A DNA stretch of 64,000 bases, taken from assembly GCA_018816945.1 (NCBI GenBank), contig JAHIVC010000099.1, positions 64,554-128,553 of the forward strand. Direction: 5' to 3'. Both the position numbers and the translations under genes were made by a program. Each line of letters begins with the position of its first letter. The first letter of the stretch is position 1. This stretch comes from Bacteroidota bacterium (GTDB lineage: Bacteria > Bacteroidota > Bacteroidia > Bacteroidales > GCA-2711565). Of this stretch, positions 27,044-33,919 are shown in pieces. The notes below the pieces were generated by a model that saw only the letters and a list, made by a program, of their open reading frames with translations, made no database searches and was not told the DNA's origin.

Positions 27044-28543
27044 ATGAAACTTCCAAAAACTGCCTATAACTGGACATCCTTAATTGGGGCGACCATATCA
27101 ATTATTTCATTATCGATGATCGTATTTCTATTTACGATATCAATCATGTTCGATAAAGGAGGTTCTTATCTTGGTATTTTTATTTACATGGTATTGCCCA
27201 TGTTTTTAATATTTGGATTAATTCTTATTCCAATTGGGATGTGGAAGCGGCACAGGGCGGAGTTAAAAAATGCTGATCTTAAAGAATTAAAATGGCTTAA
27301 AATAGATTTTAACGATCCAAAGCATAGAAATGCAATGTTGATTTTCATAGTTGGATCGGCCATATTTTTGTTTTTATCCTCCATTGGAAGTTATGAGGCC
27401 TTTCACTATTCCGAATCTGTAGAATTTTGTGGTACCGTTTGCCATGATGTGATGGAACCTGAATATGTTGCTTATCAAAACTCTCCACATGCAAGGGTTG
27501 CTTGTGTTGAATGTCACGTTGGTGAAGGTGCTGATTGGTATGTTCGTTCAAAATTATCAGGAATGTATCAGGTGTATTCAGTACTGTTTAAGAAGTATCC
27601 TACTCCAATTCCTACACCGGTTGAAAATTTACGTCCGGCCCGTGAAACATGCGAACGCTGTCATTGGCCCGAAAAATTTTATGCACAACAAAATCGCTTA
27701 GAAAAACATTATATTGCTGATGAACAAAATTCAGAATGGGACATCAGTTTGCAAATTAAAACAGGTCCCAATTACAGCGCTCTTGGATTGCAAGAAGGAA
27801 TTCACTGGCATATAAATCCTGATGTTACCATTGAGTATATTCCCGGTTCATCAAACAGAGAAGAAATCCCCTGGGTTAAATACACCAATAAAAAGACCGG
27901 CGAAACTTATATTTATGAAGACACTGAAAATCCATTAAGTGAAGAAGTAATTAATTCTTCGCAGATAAGAACGATGGATTGTATGGATTGCCATAATAGG
28001 CCTTCACATAATTATTTATCGCCGTCAAAGTTTGTTGACAATGCAATGATAGCAGGCCTAATGTCATCTTCTATCCCTGAGCTAAAAGTGACTGCCATGG
28101 GATTACTATCCATCGAATATCCAACCAAGGACAGTGCTTTAAACGCTATTGCATCTGGAATTAAAGGGTTTTATGAAAATTCTTATCCTGAATTTTTAGC
28201 AGAGAATAAAGGTTTAATCGATGATGCAATTACTGCATTGCAGGATGGATTTCAAAAAAACATATTCCCATTCATGAAAGTCAGATGGGATATATATCCT
28301 AACCATATTGGTCATATCGAAAGCAATGGGTGCTTCAGGTGTCATAATGATACCCATCAAACCAAGGAACAAAGGGCCATTTCTAAAGATTGTAATTTGT
28401 GTCATATTATCAATGCCCAAGGACCTCCTGCCAATTTGGAACGATCATTAACTTTTGATGCACTTGAATTTAAACATCCGGTGGATATTGGTGAGGAGTG
28501 GAAAGTTACAAATTGTGCCGAATGTCATTCAGCTTTATTTTAA
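27044..28543 (+). CDS. Inner-membrane heptaheme c-type cytochrome with a NapC/NirT-like module (ImcH-like architecture)
   Basis: Seven CxxCH motifs (CGTVCH, CVECH, CERCH, CMDCH, CFRCH, CNLCH, CAECH) and about 3 N-terminal TM helices. The NapC/NirT-like stretch is FCGTVCHDVMEPEYVAYQNSPHARVACVECH. I moved the start from the track's TTG at 27008 to the ATG at 27044, because a TAATTTTG -7 box sits at 27013-27020. Confidence 0.8.
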   Translation: MKLPKTAYNWTSLIGATISIISLSMIVFLFTISIMFDKGGSYLGIFIYMVLPMFLIFGLILIPIGMWKRHRAELKNADLKELKWLKIDFNDPKHRNAMLIFIVGSAIFLFLSSIGSYEAFHYSESVEFCGTVCHDVMEPEYVAYQNSPHARVACVECHVGEGADWYVRSKLSGMYQVYSVLFKKYPTPIPTPVENLRPARETCERCHWPEKFYAQQNRLEKHYIADEQNSEWDISLQIKTGPNYSALGLQEGIHWHINPDVTIEYIPGSSNREEIPWVKYTNKKTGETYIYEDTENPLSEEVINSSQIRTMDCMDCHNRPSHNYLSPSKFVDNAMIAGLMSSSIPELKVTAMGLLSIEYPTKDSALNAIASGIKGFYENSYPEFLAENKGLIDDAITALQDGFQKNIFPFMKVRWDIYPNHIGHIESNGCFRCHNDTHQTKEQRAISKDCNLCHIINAQGPPANLERSLTFDALEFKHPVDIGEEWKVTNCAECHSALF

Positions 28544-28596
28544 ATCAACATTGATAAACTTAATGGCCAGGTAAAGAATCGCATTCATACATACAT

Positions 28597-28629
28597 AAAA
28601 AAAACTCCTTTGGTTTAAAGGAGTTTTTT
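28597..28629. terminator. Bidirectional intrinsic terminator between the convergent ImcH-like and tetraheme genes
   Basis: An 11-bp stem aaaactccttt/aaaggagtttt with a 5-nt loop. The A-run before it and the T-run after it serve both strands. Confidence 0.85.
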
Positions 28630-28651
28630 ATTGAGTAACACTTATTGTAAA

Positions 28652-29143
28652 TTACTCGACTATAGTTGGGTGTGCAATTTTAGCAACATACTCTTTATAA
28701 TTAAAGCCTTTAAAATGTGGGCTTTCTGAATTATGGCATTTAAGGCATACCGCTTCTTTTGGCTCAATCATACCGTTTGCCAATGCTTTTGCCTTATCCT
28801 TCATAATAGCATTTGGGAAATATTTACTACCTGGTCCGTGACAAGATTCGCAAGATACACCTTCAGTAATTTTTAAACCAGCCACTAAATCTTTATCTAC
28901 ATGGCCAACCGTAGAATGGCATTTAATACACTTTGGATCTTTAGCTTCTGCAGCACTTAAAGATTCCATTGCTTTAGCATGTAATGATACTTGCCATTTA
29001 GCATACTGGGCTCCGGTTGCCGGTTTATTATGGCACATTTTACATTTATTTGCTCCTACATACTCAAAATCTTGAGCCATCAAGTTGCTGCTTCCCAGAA
29101 ACACAACTAATGAAATTAACATTAAAATTCTCATAATCATCAT
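28652..29143 (-). CDS. Secreted tetraheme c-type cytochrome (cytochrome c554-like small multiheme)
   Basis: 163 aa with a signal peptide (...SNLMAQDF) and four CxxCH motifs (CKMCH, CIKCH, CESCH, CLKCH). Confidence 0.8.
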   Translation of the reverse strand: MMIMRILMLISLVVFLGSSNLMAQDFEYVGANKCKMCHNKPATGAQYAKWQVSLHAKAMESLSAAEAKDPKCIKCHSTVGHVDKDLVAGLKITEGVSCESCHGPGSKYFPNAIMKDKAKALANGMIEPKEAVCLKCHNSESPHFKGFNYKEYVAKIAHPTIVE

Positions 29144-29191
29144 TTTTATAGTTAGACTGTTGTTTGTTTTTATTATTTATTAAACCTATTA

Positions 29192-29199
29192 CAAATTTA
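29192..29199 (-). promoter_or_regulatory. -7 box (TAAATTTG on the minus strand) upstream of the tetraheme cytochrome gene
   Basis: The plus strand reads caaattta, 49 nt upstream of the start at 29143. Confidence 0.35.
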
Positions 29200-29297
29200 A
29201 GACCATTAATTTCTGTTAATACACTCCGGCAATAATCATCAATTCATGATCTTCGCAGCATATCATGTAATCTACATTCAATCGCGAATATAGCTCA

Positions 29298-29311
29298 TTG
29301 ATTTCCATCAA
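29298..29311. promoter_or_regulatory. Perfect FNR/CRP-type palindrome TTGAT-TTCC-ATCAA
   Basis: Read directly. It lies in the 268-nt gap between the cytochrome b stop (29412) and the tetraheme cytochrome start (29143). Confidence 0.5.
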
Positions 29312-29411
29312 TGCATAAAGCATGGTTATTAGAATTAGTTTTTAAAATAGTTTGTTTAGTATTTCAATCAATTTTGTAGTCAAATTAGTTCAAATCAAAT
29401 ATAAATAATTA

Positions 29412-30026
29412 TCAATGTATTTCGTGATAGCCATTAATCATGCCCTTAAAATTACTAAGCGGTGTATGTCCGATGGTGCAAAAGTAGATATGGACAATTA
29501 AAAATAGTGAGACAATAAATCCCATTATAACGTGAATGATATGAGTTATATGTAATGCTTTGTTCCCAAAAAAATCAATAACCAAGAATTCGGGATATAG
29601 TATCATGATCCCTGTTAAAACCACAAGTGGGATAGTTACATACATCACAAAAATATAACTGAACTTTTGCAGTGGATTAAATTTATGCTCTTTAGTAATT
29701 GGAAATGGAGGATTTTCTCCTTTAAAAATACCAAAAGCATAATATCTGGCTTGCATAATCAAGTTCTTTACGATACCTTTTCTAAGAAAATACTGCCGAC
29801 CATTTGGTGTAAGGAAATTTCCCAGAAAAAAACAGATATAACTCAGTACCAGAATAATTCCGGCGATATTATGAATTGATACGGACCAATCAAATCGAAT
29901 CAGAGGAAGTGCCGGATCAGAATATTGCATGCTGATGCCGGTAAAGATCAACAATAAACAAAGGATTGCATTAAACCAATGCCAAAGCCTGATCCAAACG
30001 GGGTATAAATATATTTTTTCACTCAT
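29412..30026 (-). CDS. Membrane b-type cytochrome (FdnI/HydC/PhsC-like, Ni/Fe-hydrogenase cytochrome b family)
   Basis: 204 aa with 4 TM helices carrying conserved His residues (WIRLWHWFNAI, SIHNIAGI, HITHIIHVIMGF, LIVHIYF). Its start lies 5 nt after the stop of the upstream heptaheme gene. Confidence 0.75.
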   Translation of the reverse strand: MSEKIYLYPVWIRLWHWFNAILCLLLIFTGISMQYSDPALPLIRFDWSVSIHNIAGIILVLSYICFFLGNFLTPNGRQYFLRKGIVKNLIMQARYYAFGIFKGENPPFPITKEHKFNPLQKFSYIFVMYVTIPLVVLTGIMILYPEFLVIDFFGNKALHITHIIHVIMGFIVSLFLIVHIYFCTIGHTPLSNFKGMINGYHEIH

Positions 30027-30031
30027 GGCGC

Positions 30032-31006
30032 TTAATGTTTAATGATAATACGTAAGAAAGCATGAATACACAATCCCAGAAAAACTAAAACGAATAATCC
30101 AATACTGATAACATTCAGATAGTAATTTCTGTTAGCTCCAATTACATACGATTCTTCAAGCATTGCCTCATTTGAAAAACCGGTAATGCTTCGTTCGTTG
30201 GTAAACTGATATTTATAAAGAGAGGCAAGCAATCGCGATTCTTTCGAATGACACTCCACACAAAGCTTAATAGCCTCTTCTTTAGGCCGAACATTATGTG
30301 CAACTAAGGTGTTATCATTAATTTGAGTATGACATTCGATGCACCTAACTTTTTTAAAGTGAAGAACTTGGTTGGGCAACCAATTATGTGTTACTAAAAC
30401 ATTCGGGTTTTCCATCGTAGTCAACAACTGGTATTTAGAAATATCAGCATGGCAGGTCAAACAAATTTCATTATCGTATTGTATGAAATCAGCCATATTT
30501 TCGTTGGTACGTGCATTAATTTTATAACTATGCGGATTATGACACATCCAGCAGGTAAAGTCTTCGGAATGTTTTGAGGAGTGAACACTTTTGTGAAAAT
30601 CTTCTTCGATTTGCTCAAAATTGAACTTTGCATATTGTTCATCGCCGGCATGACAATCTAAACATGCAAATTTAGGCTCCATGCGCAATTGCCCTGAGTG
30701 GGGAAATTCTCCATAGTCGGCCGAATGACAATCCCTACAACTAAATTTCCAATGATTTGATTGGTAATATTCTACTGAATCCACGATAAAATATGGATTC
30801 ATTCTTTCTTTCACTTTTTTCCCCATCCAGTCGTTTTGATAGTAATAGTTTGCCTGTCCGTGACAACTGAAGCATAATTGATTGTCTTCGGCATACTCAG
30901 CTATTCTTTGAGTTTGATCAGTTTGTGCAAGTATATAATTAGGCTGAAATAAAAACAAAGAGAAGAAGATAAAAACACCTAAAATGCGATATAAATTTCT
31001 TTTCAT
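30032..31006 (-). CDS. Heptaheme c-type cytochrome with signal peptide and C-terminal membrane anchor
   Basis: 324 aa with seven CxxCH motifs (CFSCH, CRDCH, CLDCH, CWMCH, CLTCH, CIECH, CVECH) and a C-terminal TM (YYLNVISIGLFVLVFLGLCIHAFL). Confidence 0.8.
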   Translation of the reverse strand: MKRNLYRILGVFIFFSLFLFQPNYILAQTDQTQRIAEYAEDNQLCFSCHGQANYYYQNDWMGKKVKERMNPYFIVDSVEYYQSNHWKFSCRDCHSADYGEFPHSGQLRMEPKFACLDCHAGDEQYAKFNFEQIEEDFHKSVHSSKHSEDFTCWMCHNPHSYKINARTNENMADFIQYDNEICLTCHADISKYQLLTTMENPNVLVTHNWLPNQVLHFKKVRCIECHTQINDNTLVAHNVRPKEEAIKLCVECHSKESRLLASLYKYQFTNERSITGFSNEAMLEESYVIGANRNYYLNVISIGLFVLVFLGLCIHAFLRIIIKH

Positions 31007-31147
31007 CCTTTTATTGTTATAAAGGGTGCCATTATTGTGATGACACCCTTATAATTATTTAATCAAAAATAAGCAATAATTTAAATTGATTCGATGCTTT
31101 TCAACTTGAATTAATGAAGTCAGAAAACCAGTATTCATCTTACAAAT

Positions 31148-32017
31148 TTAGAAACCCCACAATCTTGTAATATTGAAACCTATAAACAAAGCTCCATCTT
31201 GCCAATCATTAATGTTGGTCATCATATTGTATTGTGGGCTAAGCGTATTGGCTGTTCCCATGAATATTTGGAAAGCGTGAGTTCCTGTTGCAAATTCAAC
31301 ACCAAAAGCTAAATTAGGTTTTGCTTTAAGATCCAAAACAGTATGTTCTTGAATTCCTTTGATATGCAAAGGAGCATCATAATTAAAAATGAAAGATCCT
31401 TGTGGGCTGAATTTTACCCTGCCACTAAAGGAAATCGCAATTTTATCATGTTCCTGTGTCGATTCAACCTTATTAATATGTGAGATACTTGGTGCAACCT
31501 GAAAAGAGAATGCATCGCAAAATTTTCGACCAATGATGATTTGGTTGAAAAATGAAAATCGATCTGTTCCACGTGAAGGTTGCCCGGCAGAAACAAATAC
31601 TTCCTTATTTCTACCATCAATACCAAAATTACTATAATAGGTTATGGCTAGCGGGCTTCCGCCTTCCCGGGCTTGTTTTAAAATACTCCATTTTAATCTA
31701 AAATCGGTCATTTTATTGTATTTTATGGCTCCAACACCGATCATGATATTATTGTTTATGCTATAATTCAATCCAAGTCTGATATTTGATGGTGCATAAA
31801 GACCATACAAATCGGTAATTCCGTTCTGGACGGTTCCAAAATTATGCTCAATAATCATTTCAAGTGTTCGGGCATCTGGAATTACTCCGGTTTGGGCATT
31901 GATTAAAATCCCACTTTCAAATGGTGATCTTACCGGTTTAACTTCAACTTTTTCTTCTTGTGCAAGGAGAACGCCAAAACACATCAAAAAAGCCAGTATT
32001 ATGCTATATTTTTTCAT
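31148..32017 (-). CDS. Predicted small outer-membrane beta-barrel protein (possibly DUF5777-like)
   Basis: 289 aa with a signal peptide (...GVLLAQEEK). It shows an alternating hydrophobic pattern throughout and a terminal aromatic residue (...GFNITRLWGF), typical of OM barrels. The family name is from memory and unverified. Confidence 0.6.
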   Translation of the reverse strand: MKKYSIILAFLMCFGVLLAQEEKVEVKPVRSPFESGILINAQTGVIPDARTLEMIIEHNFGTVQNGITDLYGLYAPSNIRLGLNYSINNNIMIGVGAIKYNKMTDFRLKWSILKQAREGGSPLAITYYSNFGIDGRNKEVFVSAGQPSRGTDRFSFFNQIIIGRKFCDAFSFQVAPSISHINKVESTQEHDKIAISFSGRVKFSPQGSFIFNYDAPLHIKGIQEHTVLDLKAKPNLAFGVEFATGTHAFQIFMGTANTLSPQYNMMTNINDWQDGALFIGFNITRLWGF

Positions 32018-32035
32018 CTTTTTCTGATTTATAAG

Positions 32036-32449
32036 TTAATTATTTTTAGCACCCTCTGTAATCCATTTCAGGACCAATGCACTTTGTGAATCTGTAAATT
32101 GCTTCCAGGCGTGCGTACCTGCTCCAGGCTTAACGTAAGTGTACAATTTGCTGGAAGCCGGATTAGCTGTATTTACAAGACCCTTGGAAATGATTTCGCT
32201 ATAGGCTTTTGCAGCAGTCAAATAAGGACGGGTTCCACCGTCTCCATGACAGGATGTACAACGATTACCTGTTGTAAAAATGGGTACAATCATCGTAGAA
32301 AAACTAGTTGCATCCGGATCAACAGGATCATCTGGATCTGGTTCCTCAATAGGGGGAGGAGTAGGGCGATATATAAAATCATATTCACAACCCGTAACAA
32401 CCATCATTCCAACGAAAACCAGTATTAGTATATATATTGATTTTTTCAT
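32036..32449 (-). CDS. Monoheme c-type cytochrome lipoprotein with an acidic Pro-rich linker (PSCyt-like heme motif)
   Basis: Start chosen at the ATG at 32449 (MKKSIYILILVFVGMMVVTGC lipobox). The track's TTG start at 32479 falls inside a terminator hairpin. The linker reads PTPPPIEEPDPDDPVDPD and there is a single CxxCH (IVPIFTTGNRCTSCHGDGG). Confidence 0.6.
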   Translation of the reverse strand: MKKSIYILILVFVGMMVVTGCEYDFIYRPTPPPIEEPDPDDPVDPDATSFSTMIVPIFTTGNRCTSCHGDGGTRPYLTAAKAYSEIISKGLVNTANPASSKLYTYVKPGAGTHAWKQFTDSQSALVLKWITEGAKNN

Positions 32450-32477
32450 TGCAGAAATTTTAAATGTCATTTTAATC

Positions 32478-32510
32478 AAAAAAAGGCACCTTAAATAACC
32501 GATGCCTTTT
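32478..32510 (-). terminator. Intrinsic terminator or attenuator inside the cytochrome operon, after the hexaheme gene
   Basis: The minus strand reads aaaggca-tcggttatttaagg-tgccttt followed by a T-run. It lies between the stop at 32533 and the next start at 32449. Confidence 0.65.
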
Positions 32511-32532
32511 TCTATATGGTTAATTACATAAC

Positions 32533-33609
32533 TTATTTAACTTTCGCAATCGTATTTTTCAGAATGCCAATTACATATTGTGGATTGTGAACTCCAAGGC
32601 TCTTGTCTTCAGTAGCTAATTGCCAGTTAATAAAAGCTGCTGCTAAGTTGGCTGGTTGCGAACCTGCAATTGCATAACCTGCATGGCCTTTTGAACCATC
32701 ATCATAGATACCTTTTGCAGTCAAGATAGCTTGTAACTCATCTAATAAAGTTTGAACTTCTAATTGTAAAGCTTTAACTTGTGCAGTCACTTCGGTGGTG
32801 CTAGTATGACAACTGGTACAACCTGCATAAGAAATCGCACCTGTTTCTTCATTAGTTACATTAAAAGTATGACCACCGGTAGAAGTGCCAGTAGCTGCAG
32901 CCATATGACAAGCAACACAACCGTCTTCCACATAATTTGCATGGGTGTTGATACCATAAGTTGCGGTTCCGCCCATTTTAATTAAACCTTCGCCTGCTAA
33001 TACGTTTGCCTGTGGACCATGATGGCCACCATAACGATAAGAAGTTAAAGTTACATTAGCTCCATCAACAACTGGCATTGGGCTAATTGGTCTAGATTGA
33101 TGACAGGTAGCACATAAATTACCTTTTCCAAAATCAACAGTGGCACCACCAACAAATAATTGAACATTTGCCGTTTGTGTTAAGCCTAAATCAGCAGGAG
33201 TGAATGTTTTGTGAATGTTATGACAAGTATAACAGTTAATTGGGTTGGGATTGTTGATAATTATACCATCATAAGTTCCGGCTAGGTTAGCAAGGAATCC
33301 TTGACTGGTATGACAAGTTGCACATGCACCGGTATTTCTTGCAAAAGCTTCACCAGTTGCATGAAGTGAATGTTCCCATTGGTTTACTTGTGCAAACATA
33401 CCCTGAGATTGACCCCCGTCGTGACATAGGATACAACCTGCTGTTCCGTCTATTCCGTCAACACCTGCTTCGCCTCTTGGTCCGGCTGGTCCTACTGCTC
33501 CATCAATTCCGTCTTTTCCTGCAGCACCTTCCTTGGTACAACTTGTAATCATTAACACAGAAAACAGAAATGCAACTGTTAAAAAAGTTAAAAATGTAAA
33601 TCTTTTCAT
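32533..33609 (-). CDS. Hexaheme c-type cytochrome lipoprotein with an N-terminal collagen-like Gly-X-Y repeat
   Basis: 358 aa with lipobox LMITSC. Eleven uninterrupted G-X-Y triplets follow (GAAGKDGIDGAVGPAGPRGEAGVDGIDGTAGCI). There are six CxxCH motifs (CILCH, CATCH, CYTCH, CATCH, CVACH, CTSCH). Confidence 0.8.
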   Translation of the reverse strand: MKRFTFLTFLTVAFLFSVLMITSCTKEGAAGKDGIDGAVGPAGPRGEAGVDGIDGTAGCILCHDGGQSQGMFAQVNQWEHSLHATGEAFARNTGACATCHTSQGFLANLAGTYDGIIINNPNPINCYTCHNIHKTFTPADLGLTQTANVQLFVGGATVDFGKGNLCATCHQSRPISPMPVVDGANVTLTSYRYGGHHGPQANVLAGEGLIKMGGTATYGINTHANYVEDGCVACHMAAATGTSTGGHTFNVTNEETGAISYAGCTSCHTSTTEVTAQVKALQLEVQTLLDELQAILTAKGIYDDGSKGHAGYAIAGSQPANLAAAFINWQLATEDKSLGVHNPQYVIGILKNTIAKVK

Positions 33610-33741
33610 TTGTCGTAGTTTTAAGTTAATATTTTTAGCGCTTGTTTATTCTTTAACAATATTAAACATTTTATAAAATCCACGTCTTTAAAGGGAAATG
33701 AGATATTTCAAACCGAAAATTGAAATAAACTATCCTTTTGC

Positions 33742-33755
33742 TTGACATTTATCAA
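33742..33755. promoter_or_regulatory. FNR/CRP-type palindrome TTGAc-ATTT-ATCAA (9/10)
   Basis: Located in the divergent region between the hexaheme cytochrome start (33609) and the Crp/Fnr regulator start (33920). Confidence 0.45.
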
Positions 33756-33919
33756 CCAAAGTTGGATATTTGTCACCTTTTGTGTTTGTTAAGATTCTTG
33801 AGACATGCTGTTTTTTCTATTAAATATTTGATTTTTAATACTATATAACTTTTACTACTTGCTTATTTAATTACATTATAAATAATGTACTATAAATCAG
33901 TTAACTAAACAACTTAACT

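Noticed and set aside
29216-29323. A 35-codon minus-strand ORF (MLYALMEINELYSRLNVDYMICCEDHELMIIAGVY) in the gap between the cytochrome b and tetraheme genes.
   Set aside because: It has no signal peptide or TM, it overlaps the perfect FNR-type palindrome (more plausibly the functional feature), and nothing supports translation.
31148-32017. The idea that the barrel is an MtrB/PioB/PccH-type sheath enclosing a multiheme cytochrome.
   Set aside because: At 289 aa it is far shorter than the ~650-700-aa 26-strand MtrB-type porins. I kept it only as a small barrel of unknown role (see the split cytochrome-porin hypothesis).
32533-33609. The idea that the hexaheme protein is a nitrite reductase (NrfA) or an HAO/octaheme-type enzyme.
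   Set aside because: It has no CxxCK catalytic heme motif, it has six rather than five or eight hemes, and it is lipoprotein-anchored with a collagen-like stalk. No NrfH/NrfBCD-type partners are arranged as in nrf operons.
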